From Pedosphaera sp. (lineage in GTDB: Bacteria; Verrucomicrobiota; Verrucomicrobiia; Limisphaerales; SIBH01): 33,772 nucleotides of DNA. The translations under genes and the position numbers were made by a program. Shown one piece after another: positions 24,919-33,772 of this stretch. A model generated the notes under the pieces. The model was not told the origin of the DNA. It worked only from the letters and a program-made list of their open reading frames with translations, and searched no databases. Each line of letters begins with the position of its first letter. Position 1 is the first letter of the stretch. Where the stretch lies: assembly GCA_031414955.1 (NCBI GenBank), contig JANOQV010000207.1, forward strand, positions 1-33,772, in the 5' to 3' direction.

Positions 24919-25542
24919 TTAACCGCGGAACTTCATCGCCGCCTCGGTGCGGGAGCGGACGTGCAGCTTGGTGTAAACCGTCTTCAAGTAGCCGCGCACC
25001 GTCTCGGCCTTGAGCCCAAGGGCGTCAGCGATCTCCTTGTTGCTGTAGCCGCGGGCGACGTATTCCAGCACATCCGTCTCACGCTTGGAGAGGTTCTCGG
25101 TTGGTTTGTCGGATGGCCCCTGCCGGCGGAACGACTGCACGACTTTCCGTGCGATGTAGCTCGTCATCGGCGCACCCCCGCCATGGACATCCTTGATGGC
25201 GTGGAGAATCTCCTCGGAGGTCGAACGCTTCAGCAGATACCCGGCGGCACCCATCTGGAGAGCCTGGAAGATGCGCTCACTATCATCGTAAACCGTCAGC
25301 ATCACGATGTGCAGGTCCGGAAATGTCGATTTGAGCTGACGCACACACTCCACTCCGGAAATCCCCGGAAGATTGATGTCCATGACCACCACATCCGGCG
25401 CACGACGCGGAAAACCGCTGATGGCCTGCTCGCCCGATCCAAAAGTCGCCACGCATTCGAAGCCCTTCGTCTCGGCAATCAGCCGCGCGAGATTCTCCCG
25501 CACCTGCTCGTCGTCCTCAACGATGGCGACCCGGATGTTCAT
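24919..25542 (-). CDS. NarL/FixJ-family response regulator (receiver domain + LuxR HTH)
   Basis: IVEDD, VVMDINLPG, MLTV and GYLLK in the receiver; LSKRETDVL..VARGYSNKEIADALG..TV...YTKLHVRSRTEA in the HTH. ATGA overlap with the kinase stop. Confidence 0.96.
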   Translation of the reverse strand: MNIRVAIVEDDEQVRENLARLIAETKGFECVATFGSGEQAISGFPRRAPDVVVMDINLPGISGVECVRQLKSTFPDLHIVMLTVYDDSERIFQALQMGAAGYLLKRSTSEEILHAIKDVHGGGAPMTSYIARKVVQSFRRQGPSDKPTENLSKRETDVLEYVARGYSNKEIADALGLKAETVRGYLKTVYTKLHVRSRTEAAMKFRG

Positions 25543-28500
25543 GGTGCCGTCCTCTTTCCTGAATCGGGCAAAGGCAGATAGAGGAGCAGCGTCGTGCCGG
25601 TCGCCGCATCGCTGCTCATCTCAAAACGTCCGCCGAGGTCCTCAATCCGCTGGCGGATGTTGCGCAAGCCGTCGTGGCCTTGGCTTTGGGCGGCGGAGCC
25701 GATGACGCCGTGTCCGTTGTCCGCGACGGTGATTTTCAATTCACCCTGTTCCATGCTCAGGCGGAGCCAGACTTCGCTCGCGCCGGAATGTCGGACGACG
25801 TTGTTCAGGGCCTCCTTCACCGCGAGCAACAAGTGATGCCGCGCCTCCGTGGTAATCGGGTGCTCCGGCAGATCGGCCGGGATGTCGAGCCGGCAGCGAA
25901 TCAACGTGGGGCGGAAAAACTCCTCGGCGAACTGCGAGATGTAATTGGCGAAGTGATCGAGCGAATCGTTCCGCGGGTTCACGGCCCAAACGATGGCGTC
26001 CATCGCCCGCACGGCTTCGCGGGCCGTCACGGAAATTCTCCCCAAGTCCGCGGCCACTTCCGCAGGATCATGGCGGTGCTTCTGCCCCACTTCCGTGAGC
26101 AGCGCAATACGGGTGAGGCTCGCACCCAGTTCGTCGTGGATGTCCTGCGCGATGCGCGTGCGCTCTTTTTCGAGCGCATGCTGCTCCTCCAGTCGGTGCA
26201 GCTTTCGGCGCAGTCGTTGCACGGACACCACCCGCACCGCCCAACCCACCGCACCGAACAAGGCCACGACTACCAGCACGCGAAACCACCACGTCTGCCA
26301 GTAGTGCGGCAAGACCGAGAAGCGGAGCGCCGCGCCAGTGTCGTTCCAAACCCCGTCGTTGTTGCAAGCGATGACTTTGAACTCATACGGCCCGGGCGGC
26401 AGATGCGCATAAGCTGCTACCCGTTGCGAGCCAGCCTCCACCCAATCCTTCTCCAGTCCCTCGAGGCGATACTTGAAATGATTGCGCTCCGGAGCCACGA
26501 GGCTGAGTGCGGTGAACCGAAACTCCAACCGCTGCACCCCAGGACCACATTCCAATTTGGGCATGAGTGGAAGAGTCCGGCCATCCATCACGACTTCCTC
26601 GATCACCACCGGCGGCGGCGTCTCGTTGATCGAGATGCTCGTCGGATCCACCATCACCAGACCCTTGACGGTCGAGAACCAGAGCTTGCCATCGCGGGCC
26701 TTCAATCCGGCGGGGTGAAATCCTCCGGTACATTCCAGGCTCTCCATGCCTTCGGCCCGGCCGTAGGAAATTGCGTTCACGCGCGCCGCCTTGCCGGAAG
26801 CGACCGCTTCAAACTCGCGCGCGGCCACTCGAAAGATGCCCTGGTTGCAACCGAACCAGAGATTGCCCAGGTCGTCGGATAAAATCTGTGAAATCACCTC
26901 GTCCGGCAGTCCATGCGCGCGCGTGAATGAGACCAGCTTCCCCCCGGCCATCCGCGCCAGGCCGCCGCCCGTGCCGATCCACAGCACTCCATTCGTGTCG
27001 CGATGCAGGGTGCGAACAGAGTCGCCCGGCAATCCCTCGCGTCGTCCGTACGCCGTCAGCCGTCCGCCTTGCAGCAAACGCAGGCCACCGCCACCGGTTC
27101 CGATCCACAAGCGTCCGTCGGACTCCCGAAGCAGCGCCGTGACCGGATGCGACAGGCGTTCACCCACGGGCAACTCGTCGGTGATTCGCCCGCCGTGAAA
27201 CGATTTCAGCCCGCCCTGCATCGTGCCCATCCACAATCCATCCTCGCCGTTCTCGCACAGGGAGATCACCGGATCGTCATTCCCCGCCCGTGCCACGGGA
27301 AAATTCTTCACGCTCTTGCCGCGCATTTGGAACAAACCGCCGCCCCACGTCCCCACCCACAACGAACCGTCGCGGGCCGGCAGCAGCGACCAGATGCATT
27401 CGTTGTCGAGCAGGTAGTTCGAGTAGAAGGGCGAGAAGACGCCATTGCGCCGGACCGTGAGCCCGCCGCAGTTCGAGCCAATCCACAAGGTCCCGTCGGT
27501 GTCCTCCGCGAGCGACATTACGACGTTGTGCGCGAGACCGTCGCGCGTGGTGGAGGTCGTCAACTTGCGCGGCTTCACGCGATTCAAGCCGCCGCCGACC
27601 GTGCCCACCCAGAGGTTGCCCTCGCGGTCCTCGAACACGCAGCGCACCGAGTTGTCGGAAAGCCCCTCCTGCGTCGTGAGCGAGTAAAAGCGCCCGTCGC
27701 GCAACCGGCGCAGGCCGCCGTTGGCCGTGCCGGCCCAGACGTCGCCGTTTCTCGCTTCGCACAAGGTCCAGACGGCTTCGAGCAACTGGCCGGGCTGCTC
27801 GCGAAAAACATGCACCACGCCGTTGCTGACCGCGCCGAGGTAACCGTTCGCGCCGCCGAACCAAACTTGCCCAGAGCGCCCCGCTTCCGCCGCGAGCACG
27901 CTGCTGAAGGAACTGGGCTCAGGCGTCGCCAGCCGCGCCAGCGGCTGGTCATCGACGCGCGTAAGGAGTTGGTTGCCCGCGACCACCCAAAGCGTGTTGC
28001 TGGCGCTCACGCAAGTGGCCACCATCGGCAACTCCCTGGCCCAGCCCAAGTTTGTTTGATCCACGAATCTGCCTTCCCGCCAGCAACTCAATCCGGCGGA
28101 AGTTCCGGCCCAGATTTGTCCCGCGCGATCTTCAGCCAGCGCCGTGACGGTGTCGCCTCGCAAACCATCGCGGCGGGTTAGAGCGTGAAATTCTCCATCG
28201 CGAAACTGAACGAGGCCGCCGCCTTCGGTGCCAATCCACAGCGTGCCATTGCGCGCGGCCAGCAGCGCCAGCACGCGAGTGCTCGGCAGCGCGGAGGCTT
28301 CGCCAAAGACTTGAAAACGAACGCCATCAAAGCGGACCAATCCATTCAGAGTCCCGATCCACAAGTAGCCATCCGGCGTCTGCTGGATCGCCGTGACGGT
28401 GTTGCCGGGCAAGCCGTCCGAGGTCTGCCACACATCAATGCGATACTCGCCGGACGGCTGGCCTTGCTCGGCCGAGAGCGTGGTGCCGACGGGTGCGAAG

Positions 28501-29078
28501 CGATTGACGATGGAGCGCGTGATGGAAGCACTGGTGATGGATTGGGCGTCAAGCGGCAGCAACTCGCGCTCCGCCGATGATGACACAGTGCGCCAGGAGT
28601 TCGTGTCCACGGCCACTTGAATCTCGTACTGCGTGGCGAGCCGGTCGATGAAGTTGCCCTCGCGATCGCGGCCCCAGACGACTTTGTTGATGCGTGTGAC
28701 CTGCGGCAGCTCGATCTGCACCCACGCGCCCTCAACGCGCTCCGCGATCCAACTCCGACCGTTGCCGTAGCGGCCATCATTGACGCCTTCGAGTTGATGA
28801 ATCGCGTAGCCCGGCAGGGCGCCGGAGGCCGTGGCGCGGGCGCCATTCGCGGCCAGAGCCACGTTACCGGCCTGCTCGTCTGCCGCGTAAACCTCCAACT
28901 CGTCCAGGCAGGGCTCGCCGCGGTTGGTGGCCCGGACCGTGAACCGCACGAACTTCGCCTCGACGGGCGCGAATTCCTCGACGTTGCGTCGCGGATGCAC
29001 TGGTTCGCGCAAAGCAGCGCCGACCGGACAAATCCAGCCGGTCAACAGCAACACTGATGAAATGCGCGCGAACCACAT
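25539..29078 (-). CDS. Sensor histidine kinase: N-terminal discoidin-like module, Reg_prop beta-propellers, Y_Y_Y domain, TM helix, HisKA_3 and HATPase
   Basis: Repeated GL..N.V......DG.LWIGT.GGL blades; FKYRLEG...YAHLPPGPYEFKV; WQTWWFR TM segment; ERTRIAQDIHDELG; KEALNNVVRHS; DNGHG. Likely start MWFARISS at 29078. Confidence 0.95.
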   Translation of the reverse strand: MWFARISSVLLLTGWICPVGAALREPVHPRRNVEEFAPVEAKFVRFTVRATNRGEPCLDELEVYAADEQAGNVALAANGARATASGALPGYAIHQLEGVNDGRYGNGRSWIAERVEGAWVQIELPQVTRINKVVWGRDREGNFIDRLATQYEIQVAVDTNSWRTVSSSAERELLPLDAQSITSASITRSIVNRFAPVGTTLSAEQGQPSGEYRIDVWQTSDGLPGNTVTAIQQTPDGYLWIGTLNGLVRFDGVRFQVFGEASALPSTRVLALLAARNGTLWIGTEGGGLVQFRDGEFHALTRRDGLRGDTVTALAEDRAGQIWAGTSAGLSCWREGRFVDQTNLGWARELPMVATCVSASNTLWVVAGNQLLTRVDDQPLARLATPEPSSFSSVLAAEAGRSGQVWFGGANGYLGAVSNGVVHVFREQPGQLLEAVWTLCEARNGDVWAGTANGGLRRLRDGRFYSLTTQEGLSDNSVRCVFEDREGNLWVGTVGGGLNRVKPRKLTTSTTRDGLAHNVVMSLAEDTDGTLWIGSNCGGLTVRRNGVFSPFYSNYLLDNECIWSLLPARDGSLWVGTWGGGLFQMRGKSVKNFPVARAGNDDPVISLCENGEDGLWMGTMQGGLKSFHGGRITDELPVGERLSHPVTALLRESDGRLWIGTGGGGLRLLQGGRLTAYGRREGLPGDSVRTLHRDTNGVLWIGTGGGLARMAGGKLVSFTRAHGLPDEVISQILSDDLGNLWFGCNQGIFRVAAREFEAVASGKAARVNAISYGRAEGMESLECTGGFHPAGLKARDGKLWFSTVKGLVMVDPTSISINETPPPVVIEEVVMDGRTLPLMPKLECGPGVQRLEFRFTALSLVAPERNHFKYRLEGLEKDWVEAGSQRVAAYAHLPPGPYEFKVIACNNDGVWNDTGAALRFSVLPHYWQTWWFRVLVVVALFGAVGWAVRVVSVQRLRRKLHRLEEQHALEKERTRIAQDIHDELGASLTRIALLTEVGQKHRHDPAEVAADLGRISVTAREAVRAMDAIVWAVNPRNDSLDHFANYISQFAEEFFRPTLIRCRLDIPADLPEHPITTEARHHLLLAVKEALNNVVRHSGASEVWLRLSMEQGELKITVADNGHGVIGSAAQSQGHDGLRNIRQRIEDLGGRFEMSSDAATGTTLLLYLPLPDSGKRTAP

Positions 29079-29148
29079 GACGGTGCCGCAGGGTAAGAAC
29101 TTCCCGCGCAAAGGCAAACTCGCGTCGCAAAGCCCGGCACGCGATAGA

Positions 29149-30651
29149 TCAAGTAAGGATCGCCTTCACCACTTCGCCATGCACATCAGTCAGGCGACGC
29201 TCCAGGCCGTTGTGGTAATAGGTGAGGCGCTCATGATAGAGGCCGAGCAGATGGAGGACCGTCGCGTGCAGATCATAGACCGTGACGATGTTCTCGACGG
29301 ATTTGTAGCCGAACTCGTCCGTCGCACCGTAGCTGAAACCTTTCTTCACGCCCGCGCCCGCCATCCAGCAGGTGAAGCCGGCGGGATTGTGGTCGCGGCC
29401 CTGCGCACCTTTCTGGAAGGTCGGCATGCGCCCGAACTCCGTACACCAGACGACGAGCGTGTTTTCGAGCAGGCCGCGCTGCTTGAGATCGATGAGCAAT
29501 CCGGCGGTCGGCTTGTCGAGCACCGGGCCGTGCAGGCTGTAATCCTTGAAGAGCTGCTTGTGGCCATCCCAGTTGCTCACGCCTTCGCCGCCGGTTTGAT
29601 ACGCACCATTGAAGAGCTGCACGAAGCGCACGCCTTTCTCGAGGAGCCGCCGGGCGAGAATACAATTCCGCGCGTAAGCCGCCCGCGTCTCGTTGATTTT
29701 TGAGCCGCCTTCGTCCGCGCCGTAGAGCTTCAGAATGTGCGCCGGCTCGCTGGAGAGATCGGCCACCTCGGGAACGGTCAGTTGCATGCGCGCGGCCAGT
29801 TCATAGCTCGCGATACGCGCGGCCAGTTCGCTGTCGCCGGGAAAACGTTGTGCATGTTGCTCGTTCAGTTTCTGCAGAAAGCCGCGCGTCGCCACGTCGC
29901 TCTTCGCCGGAATAGAGCCAGGCCGAGCCAGGTTGCGAATCGGATTCGTCGCGTTGAATTCCGTGCCTTGGAACGCCGCCGGGAGAAAACCCGGCCCCCA
30001 GTTGTTCACGCTGTTCTGCGGTTTGCCACGCGGATCAGGAATCGCGACGTACGAAGGCAGACTCTGATCTTCACTGCCGAGCGCGTAGGTCACCCACGCG
30101 CCCATGCTCGGGAATCCGTCCAGCGCGTTGCAGGTGGACATGAAGTTCTCGCCCGGCCCATGTGTGTTGGTCTTCCCCTGCATCGAGTGGATGAAGCACA
30201 TCTCATCCGCCAACGCGCCGAGGTGCGGCACCAGTTCGGAAATCATCTTGCCGCTCTTCCCGCGTGGCTTGAATTCCCACGGGCTTTTCGTTAGCGCGCC
30301 CTGTTCGCCCTGGAAGGTGATGAGTTTCTCGTTGCCCGGCATGGGCTGGCCGTGGCGGCGAATCAACTCCGGCTTGTAATCGAAAGTGTCGAGGTGACTG
30401 CACGCGCCACTGCAAAAGATCACGAGCACGTTCTTCGCCTTGGGCGTGAAGTGCGGCTGGCGCGGCGCGTACGGACTGCCGGGCTGGATGACGGGACGAA
30501 TCGCCTCCTTCCCGGAAACATTCGCGGCGAGCAACCCGTGGCGGCCGAGCAGAGACGTGAGCGCGATGGCACCAAGACCAATGCCGGCATCCGCGAGGAA
30601 GCGACGACGATTGAGCAACGGGCTGTTGAAATTTGGAAATGGCTCGCTCAT
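29149..30651 (-). CDS. DUF1501 domain protein with twin-arginine leader
   Basis: NRRRFL leader; [51 protein letters not shown]. The start MSEPF at 30651 overlaps the upstream stop (ATGA). Confidence 0.92.
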   Translation of the reverse strand: MSEPFPNFNSPLLNRRRFLADAGIGLGAIALTSLLGRHGLLAANVSGKEAIRPVIQPGSPYAPRQPHFTPKAKNVLVIFCSGACSHLDTFDYKPELIRRHGQPMPGNEKLITFQGEQGALTKSPWEFKPRGKSGKMISELVPHLGALADEMCFIHSMQGKTNTHGPGENFMSTCNALDGFPSMGAWVTYALGSEDQSLPSYVAIPDPRGKPQNSVNNWGPGFLPAAFQGTEFNATNPIRNLARPGSIPAKSDVATRGFLQKLNEQHAQRFPGDSELAARIASYELAARMQLTVPEVADLSSEPAHILKLYGADEGGSKINETRAAYARNCILARRLLEKGVRFVQLFNGAYQTGGEGVSNWDGHKQLFKDYSLHGPVLDKPTAGLLIDLKQRGLLENTLVVWCTEFGRMPTFQKGAQGRDHNPAGFTCWMAGAGVKKGFSYGATDEFGYKSVENIVTVYDLHATVLHLLGLYHERLTYYHNGLERRLTDVHGEVVKAILT

Positions 30652-33518
30652 GGAATGAAGAGAAATTCGTTCGCGTTCAACACGGCACGGCACAGCGCGG
30701 GCAATCCTTCCGCTTTCGCGAACGCCACTGCTTCTCTGGTTTCCGTCCGATTAGGCGGACGATTGAAGGCGAGTTGCCAAGCTCTCTGCACCTGCGCCCC
30801 CTCGTCGGCTCCAGCCTCCTTGCGCAGTCGCGCGGCAAACGTCTCCGACTGATCGAGCACGAAACGGCTGTTGAACAAATTCAGCGCCTGCAAAGGCGTG
30901 GTCGAGACGCTGCGCTTGGGCATGACCAGGCTGCCGTCCGGACAGTCGAAGGAACCGAAGATGCCGTCCTGCTCCATGCGCACTTTGAAGGCATAGACCA
31001 TCCGGCGCGTCTCGGCCGGGCCGAACTTCTCCTTCGGGTGATAGTGATAAACATTCTCACGATCCACGTCGTGTAGGAAAAAGCTCGGGCCACCCGCCGT
31101 GCGATCCAGATTGCCGCTCACCGCGAGAATGCTGTCGCGAATACCCTCCGCCTCCAGCCGGCGTGGCGGGAAGCGCCAGAGCAACCGGCTGCCCGCATCG
31201 ACCTTCAATGCCTCGTCGCGCGGTGCGCTCGACTGCCGCCACGTCGCCGAAGTCAGAATCTGCCGTTGCAATTTCTTGAGGCTCCAGCCGTTCGCGACAA
31301 GTTCGCTCGCCATCCAGTCGAGCAGTTCCGCGTGCGTTGGCTTGACGCCGTTCTTGCCGAAATCGTTCGGCGTAGTCACCAACCCGAAGCCGAAGTGATG
31401 CTGCCAGATCCGGTTCACGATCACGCGCGGGGTCAAAGGATTCTCGGGACTGGCGATCCAGTCCGCGAGTTGCAGTCGGCGCTGTTGCTCCGGAGTGTTC
31501 GTCGCGAGCGTCAGCGGGTTGAACACCGCAAGCGTACCAGGCGGCACCGTCTCGCGCTTCTGCATGGGATCGCCGCGATGCAGCCGATAGGTCGAACCCG
31601 GCTGGGAGAAGTTCCCGGCATAAACCATCGGTGATTTCGCCAACTCGGCGCGCTGCTTGCGTGTTTTCTCCAACTCGGCGAGCCACTGTTTGCCCTGCTC
31701 TGCTTCAGCCAACGGCGTATCGTCGAAGCGATAAAGTGGTCCGGCGGGTTTCTCGGTCTTGCTCTTGAACGGTTCGCGGTCAGCGGAGCTTGCCACGAGT
31801 TTCCAGTCATTCGTCGCCAGCGCGGCCTCAATGCGATACGTCGTGGCCAGCCGGTCTTTGAATTGCCCGTCGCGATCACGCCCCCACACGATGCGCTCGA
31901 TGCGCTCGGCCTTCGCAAACTCCAACTGCACCCAGCCGCGCCCCGATTCGTTGGCAATCCACGAGCGACTGTTCCCAGTGCGTCCGTCGTTGAGGTGCTC
32001 CAGCTTGTGAATCTCGTAGCCCGCGATGGAGCCGGACGCGGTGGCCTTGGCTCCGTTCGTTGCCAGTGCCACGTTGCTTTCGCCAGCCCAGACTTCCAGT
32101 TCATCGATGCACGGCTCGGCTCCGGTCGCCGCTGCGATCGTGAACCGGACAAACTTGGCTTCAACCGGTGCGAGGACTTCCTCGTTGCGCACGGCATTGA
32201 CCGCCGGCCGCAACACCTTGGCCGTGTGGTTGGTCGCCACGCTAGCGGTGACGGGCTTGGCCATGAAGCGCGCCAACTGCGTCTCCAGTTCCTTGATGCG
32301 AGCGTCCAGTTTCACCGTTTCCTCTTTTCGCTCTTTCGGCAACGGCAGGGCGCGCTCGCCGTGCTTCACACCCGAGAACACCGCCGCCATGGAGTAATAC
32401 TCGCGATGCGAAATCGGATCGAACTTGTGCGAGTGACAACGCGCGCAGCCGATGGTCAGCCCGAGGAACGCCGTCCCCGTCGTGCCCACCATGTCGTCGA
32501 TTTCATCCGCGCGCTGCTGTGAGGTCAGCACGATGTCCGGGCTGCCGACAATGTCCACGGGGCCGCCGACGAGGAAACCAGTGGCGACATCCACGCCCAG
32601 CGCGTCGCCCGCGATCTGTTCGCGAACAAACTGATTGTACGGCTTGTCGTGGTTGAACGCGGCAATGACATAGTCGCGGAAGCGCCAGCCATTCGGTCGC
32701 TCGCGATTCGTCTCGAAGCCGTTGCTCTCCGCGAAACGAATCACGTCGAGCCAGTGGCGGCCCCAGCGTTCACCATAGCGCGTGTCGTCGAGCACCTTGT
32801 CCACCAATCGCTCGAAAGCCTGGGGCTTCTTGTCCGCCACGAACGCCGCCACCTCCTCCGGCGTCGGCGGCATTCCGAGCATCACAAAGTAAAGCCGGCG
32901 GATGAGCGTCACGCGGTCTGCTTCACGCGAGGGAGTCAACTTGCTCTCGGCGAGCTTGGCGGCCAGGAAGGCATCAACTGGATTTGGGCTTGGCGATTTA
33001 CGATGGGCGGGCGCCGGCACGGCAGGCCGCTTCACTGGCTGGAACGACCAATGCGATTTGATGGGATCAATCTCCTCCCGAGTTTCCTTCGACCACTGCG
33101 CTCCCTGATCAATCCATCCGCGCAGCAATCCGATCTGTTCCGCGGTCAACGGATCGCCTTTCGCCGGCATCAGGGAGTCTGGCACCAATCCGGCCACCAG
33201 ATGAATCAGCGGACTGCCCGCACTGTCACCCGGCTTGATGGCGGGAGCGTAGGTTTCACCACCCTTGAGCGCAGCGGCCGGCGAGTCCAAGCGATAATCG
33301 GCCTTGCGCTTTTCCGCCCCGTGGCACGAGACGCAGGACTTGGCGAAGATCGGCTGAATATCCCTGGCGAAATCCACCGGGCGAGTCGCCGCCGGCGGCA
33401 GCTTGGAAACATCCACTTTCAGCGCCGCCGCACCCGGCGAGTTCCACGACGAACTCAGCAGCAGGACGGCCGCCGCCCAAAGCGTCGAGCACGGTAGAAT
33501 GGGAAACCAAGCCTTCAT
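30648..33518 (-). CDS. Planctomycete cytochrome c / DUF1549 / DUF1553 protein with an inserted discoidin-like module
   Basis: Signal peptide; CVSCH and [57 protein letters not shown]; ends ANEFLFIP. Confidence 0.93.
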   Translation of the reverse strand: MKAWFPILPCSTLWAAAVLLLSSSWNSPGAAALKVDVSKLPPAATRPVDFARDIQPIFAKSCVSCHGAEKRKADYRLDSPAAALKGGETYAPAIKPGDSAGSPLIHLVAGLVPDSLMPAKGDPLTAEQIGLLRGWIDQGAQWSKETREEIDPIKSHWSFQPVKRPAVPAPAHRKSPSPNPVDAFLAAKLAESKLTPSREADRVTLIRRLYFVMLGMPPTPEEVAAFVADKKPQAFERLVDKVLDDTRYGERWGRHWLDVIRFAESNGFETNRERPNGWRFRDYVIAAFNHDKPYNQFVREQIAGDALGVDVATGFLVGGPVDIVGSPDIVLTSQQRADEIDDMVGTTGTAFLGLTIGCARCHSHKFDPISHREYYSMAAVFSGVKHGERALPLPKERKEETVKLDARIKELETQLARFMAKPVTASVATNHTAKVLRPAVNAVRNEEVLAPVEAKFVRFTIAAATGAEPCIDELEVWAGESNVALATNGAKATASGSIAGYEIHKLEHLNDGRTGNSRSWIANESGRGWVQLEFAKAERIERIVWGRDRDGQFKDRLATTYRIEAALATNDWKLVASSADREPFKSKTEKPAGPLYRFDDTPLAEAEQGKQWLAELEKTRKQRAELAKSPMVYAGNFSQPGSTYRLHRGDPMQKRETVPPGTLAVFNPLTLATNTPEQQRRLQLADWIASPENPLTPRVIVNRIWQHHFGFGLVTTPNDFGKNGVKPTHAELLDWMASELVANGWSLKKLQRQILTSATWRQSSAPRDEALKVDAGSRLLWRFPPRRLEAEGIRDSILAVSGNLDRTAGGPSFFLHDVDRENVYHYHPKEKFGPAETRRMVYAFKVRMEQDGIFGSFDCPDGSLVMPKRSVSTTPLQALNLFNSRFVLDQSETFAARLRKEAGADEGAQVQRAWQLAFNRPPNRTETREAVAFAKAEGLPALCRAVLNANEFLFIP

Positions 33519-33605
33519 GTTTTTTTCCGGCCCGGAGGATTACCAGCCTCCAGTGTTTCAAGTGCATGCATGGGGAGAAAGCGTCAGGGCAAAGCCCTCT
33601 CCCGT

Positions 33606-33626
33606 CCATACCCTCAATCGGGGGGA
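33606..33626. promoter_or_regulatory. Candidate response-regulator binding site, copy 2
   Basis: CCATACCCTCAATCGGGGGGA, 88 nt upstream of the start at 33518; 17/21 identical to 24865-24885. Confidence 0.5.
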
Positions 33627-33652
33627 GAAAGGCGGTTTCGGCCTTCGGATTA

Positions 33653-33772
33653 GAGCCGGTCTGAAAAGTCACTGGGGCAGCGCAAGCGGCCCACCCCGGA
33701 GTGCGCCCGTCCTCGGGCGCAGCCAGGTGATGACGCCGGGCGCTCTCCGAGGCCTGTGGCCTGCGCCGCCCA
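33653..33772. mobile_element. Second, partial copy of the MITE/REP element, inverted relative to 5467-5642
   Basis: TTA is followed by GAGCCGGTCTGAAAAGTCACTGG and, 44 nt from that terminus, by CGGAGTGCGCCCGTCCTCGGGCGCAGCCAGGTG. This is the layout of the reverse complement of copy 1 (43-nt offset). It runs off the window. Confidence 0.7.

Noticed and set aside
33575..33605. GG-N10-GC (GGGAGAGGGCTTTGC, minus strand) as a sigma-54 promoter upstream of 33518
   Set aside because: It lacks the TGGCAC-like -24 element and is too weak a match in GC-rich DNA.

Overview
GC-rich bacterial DNA, most likely from a Verrucomicrobia/PVC organism (inferred from gene content). Apart from an IS5-family transposase tail at the left edge, every credible gene is on the minus strand. 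In transcription order (right to left): DUF1553/DUF1549 cytochrome-c protein, DUF1501 protein, beta-propeller/Y_Y_Y HisKA_3 sensor kinase, NarL-type response regulator, a ~2200-aa secreted lamin-tail-domain/CotH protein, a 954-aa secreted four-repeat protein, DUF1501, DUF1553, DUF1553, DUF1501, a 176-bp MITE/REP element, a secreted Ig-like protein, murJ, and a GDP-mannose mannosyl hydrolase whose 3' end is cut by the IS5 element. The main observation is one discoidin/F-type-lectin-like module (H..lNDGrYGN..SWI...WgRD...DR) present in 8 copies across four functionally different proteins: the sensor kinase, one cytochrome and two secreted proteins. It is circularly permuted in two of them. A second cytochrome carries a permuted F-type lectin with an exact fucose-binding motif. 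A shared 21-bp palindrome precedes two transcription units. Together these suggest a ligand-matched (probably glycan) sense/bind/process locus. Domain calls were made by eye from motifs; no searches were run.
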